A DNA stretch of 58,000 nucleotides, from NCBI GenBank assembly GCA_044239025.1, contig JBIICE010000002.1, forward strand, positions 1-58,000, read 5' to 3'. How positions within the stretch are numbered: the first letter of the stretch is position 1; every line of letters begins with the position of its first letter. Source of the stretch: Verrucomicrobiales bacterium (GTDB lineage Bacteria; Verrucomicrobiota; Verrucomicrobiia; Verrucomicrobiales; V1-33). Under the pieces are notes generated by a model. That model made no database searches, had not been told where the DNA came from, and saw only the letters and a list, made by a program, of their open reading frames with translations. A program made the translations under genes and the position numbers. Below are positions 9,212-17,803 of the stretch, one piece after another.

Positions 9212-9400
9212 CGGTCGGCAGGAAATCCGGGTTTTTCAGAAGGATTTCATCTGGGCTGCAGGAATGTGAAGGTTTCCGGTGACAGTTTAGGCTGCCGTGG
9301 AAGTGGAGCTTGCGCCCTTGGCAGTTTCCTGCTTGCATCCCGGCGGCCATCCCCCTTTTCCGCCAGTTATATTCAGCGCTCACACCATCTCTGTTTTCCG

Positions 9401-11221
9401 ATGACCCGACTTATCCTGTCTGCGAGTGCCGCCGGTTTTCTGCTGTGTTCGGTGAATGGTGCTCACGCTGGACTTTTCAGGCGCGCTCCCAAGAAGGTAG
9501 ACCAGCCGAAGGCCGCGTCATCCGGCGGCAAGGCACCAACTGCTGGAAAGGCGAAGCCCGTTTCGCCGGTGACGGAGGTTCCGAGTCCCGAGGCACTCAT
9601 GGCGATGGTTCCGCCAGACGGTCCGCTGGGTGAGCATGAACTGATTCTGCTGGCGATTGCGACCAGTCCGGAGCTGGAGAGGCGGCGGGTGGCAATCACC
9701 GCGGCCCAGGCGCAGAGGATGGCGGCGTTCGAATGGGAGAACCCGGAACTGCGTTTCAGTTACGGGTGGCAGAACGATGACTTCATCGGCGTGCCGTTTA
9801 CGGAGACAGCGCGTGAGTATCAGACGACGTCCGAGACATTTTCCGGGACTGCGGCGACACGGTCGCTGGCCTCGTTCGGTGAACTCGGTTATGGGGAGTC
9901 CACATTGGACCGCGATTCCGGGCGTGCATCGACGCGGCGTTACCGTGAGATTGAGCGGCGGGTGACACCAGGGAACGGTCGGGAGACCATCGACACGAGG
10001 GTTTACGAGGTACGGGAAGATGCTTCATCAAACTCCCGCACGCGCACGGAATCGGATTTGTTCGGGGCGGCGACGCGGCGGGACGGGGAGCAGGAGAATA
10101 CGCAGCGCCGCCTGGTGAGCCGTTCGCGGGAGACAGTGAATTCTCCCAACTGGACGGCGCGCGACGAGTTCGGTCTGCTGCTGCGCTTCAATCTTCCGAA
10201 TCCGATCGAACGGAAGGCGCTCTACGAACGGGCGGCTGCGGAGATTTCGCTGGCCGAGGCAGAGTACCTTGCGGAAGAGGACAAGCTGGTCCGGGAGATC
10301 CGCGGATTGTATCAGGATCTGGCGGCCTTGGAGAGCGAGTTGGGGGCACAGCAGAAGCGGCGGGAGGGCTACCGGGAATTCTTCGGAGAACTGGAAAAGC
10401 TCAACCAGCCCGCCTTCGCGATGGATAAGGCGCGGGCGAGAATTGACATGCACAAGGCGATCATCGACATCCGGGAGTCCGAGAACGACGTGGTGCGTCT
10501 GCGGGACTGGATTGGATCGTTGTGTGGTCTGCCGTCCCCGGACCGGATCCGGACCGGGGGCACCGTGGTGCGGAGGGTGGTGAATCCGACGGCGTTGGAC
10601 GTTTCGTGGCTGACCGAACTGGCGATGGTGTACCGTTCCGATGTCATTGAGAGCCGGGCGCGACAGGCCATTGCGCTGGCGCGGGTCAAGGAGGAGCGGG
10701 CGGCGAGGATTCCCTTTGCGAATTTTGTCGATGGAGGATGGGATCGCCGCTGGAACGACGGCCGGACCGGGAATCAGGATCAGTGGCTGGTGCGCGTGGC
10801 CTTTGACATTCCGCTGTTCAACTGGTTGGGCATCAACAAGCGGGATAAGGCGTTCGCCGAGGAGGCGAAAGCGTGGGCGGGTCAGATCAGCCGACAGCGG
10901 GAACGGATCCGTTCCGAGGTTTCGCTGGCGATCCGGCGGTTGCGCGAATCCGGCGAGCAGCTGTCAGGCTTCGAGAAGGCTGTGGCGGAGCAGGCCAGCG
11001 ATGCCGCGAGGGCGATTGCCGAACTGGAGGCGAGCACGGTCGACATCAATGATTACACCCGGCCGAAGCGGATGCAGTACGAATTTTCCGACCTCGCGCA
11101 GCAGATGGAAATTGGGAGGTCGGAAGCCCGGGCCGACTACAATAAGGCGCTCATGGCACTGGAGGATGCGGTAGGGGTGCGGATTGAGAAGATTCTCGCG
11201 GCTCCTGCGGCGGGGAAGTGA
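9401..11221 (+). CDS. TolC-family outer-membrane efflux-like protein (orphan)
   Basis: ORF 9266..11221. ATG 9401 gives a signal peptide, MTRLILSASAAGFLLCSVNGAHA. OEP-like repeats are present (LILLAIATSPELERRRVAITAAQAQ ... ; later SDVIESRARQAIALARVKEE), together with long coiled helices. A polar insert of about 130 aa lies between the halves. Confidence 0.65.
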   Translation: MTRLILSASAAGFLLCSVNGAHAGLFRRAPKKVDQPKAASSGGKAPTAGKAKPVSPVTEVPSPEALMAMVPPDGPLGEHELILLAIATSPELERRRVAITAAQAQRMAAFEWENPELRFSYGWQNDDFIGVPFTETAREYQTTSETFSGTAATRSLASFGELGYGESTLDRDSGRASTRRYREIERRVTPGNGRETIDTRVYEVREDASSNSRTRTESDLFGAATRRDGEQENTQRRLVSRSRETVNSPNWTARDEFGLLLRFNLPNPIERKALYERAAAEISLAEAEYLAEEDKLVREIRGLYQDLAALESELGAQQKRREGYREFFGELEKLNQPAFAMDKARARIDMHKAIIDIRESENDVVRLRDWIGSLCGLPSPDRIRTGGTVVRRVVNPTALDVSWLTELAMVYRSDVIESRARQAIALARVKEERAARIPFANFVDGGWDRRWNDGRTGNQDQWLVRVAFDIPLFNWLGINKRDKAFAEEAKAWAGQISRQRERIRSEVSLAIRRLRESGEQLSGFEKAVAEQASDAARAIAELEASTVDINDYTRPKRMQYEFSDLAQQMEIGRSEARADYNKALMALEDAVGVRIEKILAAPAAGK

Positions 11222-11277
11222 CCGGATTGCGTCCCTCGGAAGAGGGCCGAACGGGGCGGCGGCGTGAACGGAACGGC

Positions 11278-13224
11278 CTAGCTTTGGCTTGGCGGGGGAA
11301 CTTGTCTGAGCCTGCGGAAGTCGCCATCGCGTCGGGTCACCCCTTCCCGGTCCATCCGTTCGAGCAGGGGAATGAGGATGCGGCGGGTCGTGCCGGTGAC
11401 CACGCGAAGGTCGCTGGCGGTGGCTCCTCCGGTTCTGGCGAGATGGGTGGTGATGATGCCTCTGAGGGATTCGAGGGCATCGGACAGGAGAACAGCTTTC
11501 TCGTCCAGCTGGACGGCCTCCCCAGTGTCGGTTAGGAACTTGAGGGCCTGTCGGTCGAGTGGACTCGTGATGAGTTCCGCAACGCCGGGTGGCTCCACAG
11601 GGTTGCGCGCGAGGGCGGCACGGAGGCGTGCGCCGGCAGCCTGCAGCTGAGGTGGCAGGGCAGGGCGGTGGGCCACATGTCGGAAGTGACGGCCACTGCG
11701 GATGAAGCCGATGGCTGCGAGAGATACCGTGAGGGGCTCAAGGAGGCGTTTGTCCGGCAGCAGGGTGCTGGCCTGACTCTGGAACTCGGCCGCGTCGAGG
11801 CCGGGAAGTTCCGGACGGGCGCGGTGCCATGTCCGCACCAGGTTCCCGGCGGCTGCGACCTGATTTTCCCACCATGCGCAGTCGATCAGCCACGGCCCTT
11901 CGGCACGCATCGTCCCGGCCTTGATGAGGCTCCCGGCGGCAGCTTCCAGTTCTGCGGCGCTCCAGCGGCTTTTGAGGAGGAGACTTTCACGGAGTCGGGC
12001 ACCGTCGCGTGTCACGAGTGCCGCCATGAGAACGGCGGGGTCGGCGACGGCTGCGGCACACGTTTCGAGGCAGGCACGGAATTTCGGTTTGCGGAAATGA
12101 GCCCGGCCGGCCTCGGGGTCGATGATGACGCCGCCGGCGAGAGTGCGCTGCCGTGCGACGTCCCGCAGGACGAAGCGGTCGCCGGTGAAGGCATAAACCT
12201 TCCCGCGGAAGCGCAATTGGGCGGGGGCGCTGGAACCGGACTCCAGCTGCCGGACTCCCTGCAGGTAGATTCTGGCTTCGATTCCGGCGGAACCGTGATG
12301 CCAGACGACTTTCTGGCCATTGCGCAGCGGTCGGTCACCGGATGATTCCCTTCCCGAGCAGGAGATGACGACATCGAGAGTGTCATGCGCGCTCCCGAGG
12401 GATGGGAGTGTGATCACGTCGCCCCGGGCGACTCCGCTGCGGTGTTCGCGCTCGGCCACGGCGACATCGGCAAGGTTGATGGCGGTGCGGCGCCCCGGCG
12501 TGGCGGTGTCGACGGTGCTGTGGTGGTGCTGGAGACCGCGCAGATGGGTAGGCTGTCCATGTGGCTGCACGACTGCGGCGGCCCCTCGCGGGAATATTCC
12601 TCCCGTGAGGGTACCGGTGACCACGGTGCCGATACCCTGGCGTGAAAACACCCGGTCCACCGGCAGCCTTGGTTTCCCGATGTCCACGGCCGGGATTGTC
12701 TCCCGGAGCATGGCGACGAGGGCGGCGCGCAGGTCATCGAGTCCTTCGCCGTGCGGTGCGGCCACCGGGACGATGGGTGCATGAGCAAAAGGAGACGCGG
12801 CGAGAACATGGCGGACAGAAGCGACGGCCTCGGCGAGATTCTCCGAGAGATCGCATTTAGTCAGCGCGATCACGGCATTCCGGACCCCGAGATATTCAAG
12901 AATCTGCAGGTGTTCCTCGGTCTGCGGCATCCATCCGTCGTCAGCTGCGACCACGAGGACGACAGCGTCGAGGCTTCCGACGCCTGCGACCATGTTCTTC
13001 ACGAAATCGGCGTGACCGGGTACATCGACGATGCCGACATCGTAACGGCACGCGGCGGTGGGATCGTCGAGCAGGAGGTGAGCGAACCCGAGGTCGATGG
13101 TCATGCCGCGGGCCTTTTCCTCAGGAAGGCGGTCGGGGTCGGTTCCGGTAAGGGCTCGGACGAGCGAACTCTTTCCGTGGTCAATGTGGCCGGCCGTTCC
13201 GATGATGAAGTGGCGCGTTTCCAT
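11278..13224 (-). CDS. selB: Selenocysteine-specific translation elongation factor SelB
   Basis: N-terminal GTPase motifs [24 protein letters not shown] and TKCD. Length of 648 aa with a C-terminal winged-helix-like tail ([23 protein letters not shown]) typical of SelB. Confidence 0.9.
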   Translation of the reverse strand: METRHFIIGTAGHIDHGKSSLVRALTGTDPDRLPEEKARGMTIDLGFAHLLLDDPTAACRYDVGIVDVPGHADFVKNMVAGVGSLDAVVLVVAADDGWMPQTEEHLQILEYLGVRNAVIALTKCDLSENLAEAVASVRHVLAASPFAHAPIVPVAAPHGEGLDDLRAALVAMLRETIPAVDIGKPRLPVDRVFSRQGIGTVVTGTLTGGIFPRGAAAVVQPHGQPTHLRGLQHHHSTVDTATPGRRTAINLADVAVAEREHRSGVARGDVITLPSLGSAHDTLDVVISCSGRESSGDRPLRNGQKVVWHHGSAGIEARIYLQGVRQLESGSSAPAQLRFRGKVYAFTGDRFVLRDVARQRTLAGGVIIDPEAGRAHFRKPKFRACLETCAAAVADPAVLMAALVTRDGARLRESLLLKSRWSAAELEAAAGSLIKAGTMRAEGPWLIDCAWWENQVAAAGNLVRTWHRARPELPGLDAAEFQSQASTLLPDKRLLEPLTVSLAAIGFIRSGRHFRHVAHRPALPPQLQAAGARLRAALARNPVEPPGVAELITSPLDRQALKFLTDTGEAVQLDEKAVLLSDALESLRGIITTHLARTGGATASDLRVVTGTTRRILIPLLERMDREGVTRRDGDFRRLRQVPPPSQS

Positions 13225-13419
13225 GCGTTGATTCCATGGTTATCGCGGAGTCAGGCTGGGCAAGGGCAATCCGTCTCCTGCAGTCCGGGCATCCCTGAGG
13301 CGGTCTCAGGCGTTACCTCCAAGGTCTGCTCTTTTTCCTACCCCAGTGATTCCCCCATTGGCGGGAAAGCGCCCCGCAAGGCATGCGGGCGAAGGCAGTA
13401 TGATTACACCCCACATTCC

Positions 13420-14418
13420 ATGGAACCTCTCCACAACATGAAGGCTGTTGCCCTCCGCACGGGGCTGAGCCCTCATCTCGTGCGCATGTGGGAAAAGCGG
13501 TACGCCGCGGTCCGTCCAGGACGCAGCCTCACGCAGCGGCGGCTCTACACGGAGGACGAGGTGGAGCGTTTGAGCATGCTGGCCCGCCTGACGAGAACCG
13601 GGTTGAACATCGGCCAGATTGCGAGGCTGGAGACGGCCGAGCTGAGGGCCATGATTGACCGGCTGGGGGACGTGCCCGGGGCACCGCTTCCTCCCGGGCG
13701 GGCCGTTGCTCTGGTCGATGCCGGAACGCTGGTGCAGCGCGCCCTCGACTGTGTCTGCGGATACGATGTGCCGGGACTGGAGCGAACTCTGGACGAAGCG
13801 ATGCTGGTGATGGGTCATTCCGGGATGCTGGAACGCGTGCTGGTGCCATTGCTGCAGAGGGTGGGTGCGGAGTGGCAGAAGGGATTTCTGACCGCCGCGC
13901 AGGAGCACGGAGCGACCAGTGCCATCAAGGATTATCTGAGCCGGACGCTGCGGCCGGTGAGTACGCCGGAGTCTGCCCCCCGCCTGCTGGTGACCACGCC
14001 AACGGGGCAACTGCATGAAATGGGCGCAGCGATCGCGGCGGGATTGGCTCGGAAGTCGGGGTGGAACGTGACTTACCTGGGGCCTTCGCTTCCCGCCGAG
14101 GAGATCGTGGGAGCGGTCATGATGAACAGTATCGGTGCGGTGGCGCTCAGCATCGTCTATCCCGCGGACGATCCGGATCTTCCCGGTCAGATGGTACGGC
14201 TGCGCAGCCTGCTGCCGGACGAGATTCCTGTGATCGTGGGAGGGCAGGCGACCTATGCCTACGACGAGGTGCTCACGCAGATTGGAGCCATCCGGGTGGC
14301 GGACATGGAGGAATTCACGAGGGTGCTCCTCGAAGTCCGCGAGGGACAGCACAAATCGAGAATCACGTCCATGCCAGCCCGCAACGGGCGGCCGGCTCAG
14401 CGTCAGATCCGGAGCTGA
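13420..14418 (+). CDS. MerR-family regulator with cobalamin-binding domain, CarH/LitR-type (putative B12-dependent light sensor)
   Basis: MerR HTH: MKAVALRTGLSPHLVRMWEKRYAAV...RRLYTEDEVERL. Helical-bundle motif W-x9-EH (WQKGFLTAAQEH, W at 13873, EH at 13903-13908). B12 lower-ligand motif GQLHEMG (His codon 14014-14016), followed by a Rossmann-like segment WNVTYLGPSLPAEEIV. The track ORF begins at 12751, but that part overlaps selB antisense. The start is ATG 13420 or 13438. Confidence 0.8.
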   Translation: MEPLHNMKAVALRTGLSPHLVRMWEKRYAAVRPGRSLTQRRLYTEDEVERLSMLARLTRTGLNIGQIARLETAELRAMIDRLGDVPGAPLPPGRAVALVDAGTLVQRALDCVCGYDVPGLERTLDEAMLVMGHSGMLERVLVPLLQRVGAEWQKGFLTAAQEHGATSAIKDYLSRTLRPVSTPESAPRLLVTTPTGQLHEMGAAIAAGLARKSGWNVTYLGPSLPAEEIVGAVMMNSIGAVALSIVYPADDPDLPGQMVRLRSLLPDEIPVIVGGQATYAYDEVLTQIGAIRVADMEEFTRVLLEVREGQHKSRITSMPARNGRPAQRQIRS

Positions 14419-14579
14419 GGCGGTGCCACGAGCATGCTCCTGCCTTCCCGGAATGGCGACTCGGCAAGGAATCTCGCTGCAAGGCAGGACGGAACGAAGC
14501 GCTCGGGAAAAGGCCCGTCGGTCGCAGGGGAACGCGTCAATCACCCGTGGAGCAGCCATTCTTCCGACTACCGCGTGCC

Positions 14580-14639
14580 CGCATCCGCTGCCGTTCCCGG
14601 TTTTTCGAAAGGCTGCTAACGGCGGGAGGCGCGGATGCG
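14580..14639. terminator. Long imperfect inverted repeat at the convergent junction of the CarH-like and CotH-like genes (possible bidirectional terminator)
   Basis: CGCATCCGC (14580-14588) pairs with GCGGATGCG (14631-14639). An inner pair GCCGTT (14590-14595) / AACGGC (14618-14623) lies within it, and the loop contains GGTTTTT. The structure spans the CotH-like stop codon. No clean trailing T-run. Confidence 0.3.
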
Positions 14640-17600
14640 TTGAAAGTGGAGCGCCCTGGTGCTGCTCCAATGCAGAAAACGGGACCCGTCGCCGGTGCGA
14701 GTCTCGCCCGCGTATAGCCATTCGCCCGGGCCCTGCCACGGTCCAGCGGTGGTGGCGGCACTCTCCGGTTTCCACGAAGCATCGTCGTGTCCGGGAGGCA
14801 CCTGGATGGCAAGGTTCCATCCTTCCGGGGTCGCATTCATCCTGAGGGTCTGCGCCCATGGCAGGGCGTAGGCGGACCATGCTTCCGCATTGTCGCCCGA
14901 AAAGGCGATGGCGTCGTCGCCAGCCGGTGAACCTCCGACGAAGGTGCTGGTGCGCCATGCTTCCGGAGAGCTGCCGGATTCCGATTCGCGGACGTTGATG
15001 CGGGTAAGGCTATAGCCTCGGCCGTCAGCGGCAGCGGGCCAAGGTGCGCGGTCGTTCCATGCGAGCGAATCGATGACCAACGATGGCGACATCAGATGAA
15101 GGGAGCCGCCGTGGTCCGGCAGCGGGCCGGAGAATTCGCCAGCGACTCCAAAGCCGGGGCCGTAGCGGGCGGCAAAGGCCGCCTTGCTGGCGGCGACCAC
15201 GAGGCGGGCACCGGGTTCCAGCGACCACTGGTCGCCATTCCGGAACGAGTACGTGGCCGCGCCGCGCAGATCGCACGCGAGCAGACTGACCTTTGCGGGG
15301 CTCAGGTTGAGTATCTCGATGAATTCGAAGTCGTCGGCGTTCCGCCGGCCATCGGGGTTCTCGGATGGTGAGGGTGTGGAGGGGTGGTAGTGGATCTCCG
15401 AGATCACCAGATCGCCGGGTGCCGGGTTGGCTGCATCGGTGACGAATACGGCTCCGGTTGGAGCGCTCCATGCCGCGCCCGTCCGGGACCGGGCCATGAT
15501 GCGGGTATCCCGTTGGATCTGGCCGGCCGGTGCGCTGGAGGAATCCGGAGCCGGCGCTCCGCCGCTGGCCCGCGGGTCGCCGTCAGGTCTCCACGAGGCT
15601 GAATCCGCCGTGGTGAGGACTTCGAATGTGGTGCCTGCAGGGACGCTTCCCCCATTTGGCTGAATCTGTGGCGCTGGCAGAAACTGCTGGTCAAGGAAGG
15701 CGGTACGGGTGCGCAGCCATTGCTTCATGCTGGTGAGTCGTGCGCTCCATTCGTCAGGGGAAGGAACACCCTGAGCGACAGCCTTGGCCGTGGTGATTTC
15801 CGCGGCCTGAGCCTCAATGATCCGGGCCATGGCAGCGTCGCTCAGGCTGGAGCTGCGCCACGCGGCCCACTGGTCGGTGTATTGCTGCAGAAAATCGGGA
15901 TCGGCGAAGAGTCGGGGAAACCAGAGCTGTTCGCGACGGTACCATGGGGCGGCGGCCGCTGTGCCCTGAACGAAGTATCCACCAAAGTTGACATCCCATA
16001 GCGGGCCCATGCGGAGGCGACGGTCATTTCCCAGCCATGGATAGAGACTGAGCCGGAGAGCGTCGCTGTGACGGATGAGATTTTGCAGCAGGTAACCCTG
16101 CACCCAGTCAGTGGAATCAAGCCATGACCGGTACCCGCGGGTGGGATGCAGCCACGAGGCGTCGTTGTAGAGGGTGGTTTCAAAGCTGCGGAACCAGCCT
16201 TCAAGGGCATTGCGCTGGGTACTGCTGATGGTGTCGCCGGAGGGTTGATCAAAATTCAGGAAGGCCTGGGCCCATGAGGGAAGGTCGTCGCCCTTGACCG
16301 GTTGCGTGTTGGCGGCGGTCTGCAGGAGTCCATCGGGCCCGGCCGTGTGGAAGAACTGGGGGGACATGGCACCGTTGGGAGAGGGCCAACCCGTTTCCGG
16401 TTCCGGGTCCATGCGATTGATGCTGAGTAGCGCGCCGCCGCGCTGCCCGTCCATGCTGAGGCGGTCGAAGGGCAAGCGGGCATCTCCCCGTGATACCTTC
16501 TCGAGCAGAGCATAGACCCCGCGACGGTCCGCAGATGTCATGGCTCCGCCATCTTCATTGAGGAAGACCTCAGTGAAGCGGAACCGTGGAGCCCAGCGTC
16601 CGAGGGTACGGCTCAACTCATACGCGAAGGTATTGAAGAGCATGGTGGGGTCGCGGAAGTCGCCCCCGGTGGGGTCCGGGTAGTAGAGCGCAAACTCGTC
16701 ATTGGCTGGCAGTCCGAGGGGGCCCGCGTCGGTCTTGACTCCGGCCGGGTCGCGCGGCTGCACATGATATGGTTTCTGAGCCCATGTGGTGGAAATGGCT
16801 CCCCGGCCCCGTATTCCGATGAATCCGGCCAATTGAGGTGGGGAGGAGGGGGACGCGGTGGCACCGTTCCGTTCAAAAAGGAGCCATGCGGCCTCCTGTT
16901 GGGGGACCTGTCTGACTCCGGCTCCATTGCTGCTCCAGCCTTTGGACGGGACGGTGCCCTGACCGAAGTTCTCGATGAGGAGTATCGGCAGCGGTGACTG
17001 CCACGCCGCGAGGTCCGGGGAGAGGCGGATCCATGCCGCTGCGGTGACTGCGCTGGTGAAACCACCAGAGGCAGCCACGGCGCGCAGCCTGGTGGAGGCT
17101 GTCAGTTCAATGGGTCCATGGTACTGGAGGGCCTCGCCGGGAACCGGGAGGCTCCCATCCGTCGTGTACCAGATGGTGGCGTCCGCTGCGCCCGTCGCGA
17201 GGTTGACCTGCATGACGCCGGTGAAGATGCCGGAAGGTGGCGAAAGGGTGACCGGTGAGACGGGCGGCGAAGGGACATTCGGCAGCCCGGGACTGGGCTG
17301 CGTCATGAACTGCGGCGAGGTGGAATCCGGGAGCGGGCCGAACGAGACGTCAGGAAGCTGCGGTGGAAAGGCCGGCGTGAATTCACTGAGAGTGATGCCC
17401 TGCCAGGTCAGGCCAAGGTATTCACCTTCCGCTGCGAGCCGGAAGGAGGCATGCCATGGCCCGGACGGCGGGGTGCGGTTCTTGCCGGAGGCGAAGATCA
17501 CGAGGAAGCCGCCCGGGGGCAATGTTCCCGGCGGCAGTTTCCATCGCAAAGGATCGGCGGGTTCATCGGTCAGGGCCACATCCGCGAGCGAAACGGGGTT

Positions 17601-17780
17601 GGGCGAGGGGTTGTGGAGCTCGATCCAGTCGCTGCGGTCGCCATCCTCGTCACGGAGTCCGTTCCGGTTCAGCGCCATGAATTCCGAAATGATGAGCGGT
17701 GGAGCGGCAGCGAGTGCCGCGGGAAACGTCAGGACCATCGCCACGATGCACTGAATAATTCGCGTTGGCCTGCGTTCCAT
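14616..17780 (-). CDS. Secreted CotH-family (atypical kinase-like) protein with lamin-tail (LTD) domains at both ends and a chitobiase/Fn3-associated-like module
   Basis: 1054-aa ORF with signal peptide MERRPTRIIQCIVAMVLTFPAALAAA. LTD-like segments LIISEFMALN...DWIELHNPSPNPVSL and LVISEIHYHP...FEFIEILNLSPAKVSL. CotH-like core: RFTEVFLNEDG...GVYALLEKV, WVQGYLLQNLIRHSDA, GPLWDVNFGG, FPRLFADPDFLQQY. Confidence 0.85.
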   Translation of the reverse strand: MERRPTRIIQCIVAMVLTFPAALAAAPPLIISEFMALNRNGLRDEDGDRSDWIELHNPSPNPVSLADVALTDEPADPLRWKLPPGTLPPGGFLVIFASGKNRTPPSGPWHASFRLAAEGEYLGLTWQGITLSEFTPAFPPQLPDVSFGPLPDSTSPQFMTQPSPGLPNVPSPPVSPVTLSPPSGIFTGVMQVNLATGAADATIWYTTDGSLPVPGEALQYHGPIELTASTRLRAVAASGGFTSAVTAAAWIRLSPDLAAWQSPLPILLIENFGQGTVPSKGWSSNGAGVRQVPQQEAAWLLFERNGATASPSSPPQLAGFIGIRGRGAISTTWAQKPYHVQPRDPAGVKTDAGPLGLPANDEFALYYPDPTGGDFRDPTMLFNTFAYELSRTLGRWAPRFRFTEVFLNEDGGAMTSADRRGVYALLEKVSRGDARLPFDRLSMDGQRGGALLSINRMDPEPETGWPSPNGAMSPQFFHTAGPDGLLQTAANTQPVKGDDLPSWAQAFLNFDQPSGDTISSTQRNALEGWFRSFETTLYNDASWLHPTRGYRSWLDSTDWVQGYLLQNLIRHSDALRLSLYPWLGNDRRLRMGPLWDVNFGGYFVQGTAAAAPWYRREQLWFPRLFADPDFLQQYTDQWAAWRSSSLSDAAMARIIEAQAAEITTAKAVAQGVPSPDEWSARLTSMKQWLRTRTAFLDQQFLPAPQIQPNGGSVPAGTTFEVLTTADSASWRPDGDPRASGGAPAPDSSSAPAGQIQRDTRIMARSRTGAAWSAPTGAVFVTDAANPAPGDLVISEIHYHPSTPSPSENPDGRRNADDFEFIEILNLSPAKVSLLACDLRGAATYSFRNGDQWSLEPGARLVVAASKAAFAARYGPGFGVAGEFSGPLPDHGGSLHLMSPSLVIDSLAWNDRAPWPAAADGRGYSLTRINVRESESGSSPEAWRTSTFVGGSPAGDDAIAFSGDNAEAWSAYALPWAQTLRMNATPEGWNLAIQVPPGHDDASWKPESAATTAGPWQGPGEWLYAGETRTGDGSRFLHWSSTRALHFQRIRASRR

Positions 17781-17803
17781 CTCCGGAGAGTGTCATCGCC
17801 ACC

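Noticed and set aside
12751-13419. N-terminal extension of the CarH-like ORF (the track ORF starts at 12751).
   Set aside because: It overlaps the 5' part of selB on the opposite strand and has no MerR-like sequence. The MerR HTH begins right after ATG 13420/13438.
13225-13419. tRNA-Sec (selC) or another tRNA next to selB; the other spacers were also checked (8030-8302, 18437-18790, 21320-21554, 45020-45366).
   Set aside because: No GGTTCGAATCC-type T-arm was seen on either strand, no UCA anticodon-loop context, and no matching acceptor stems.
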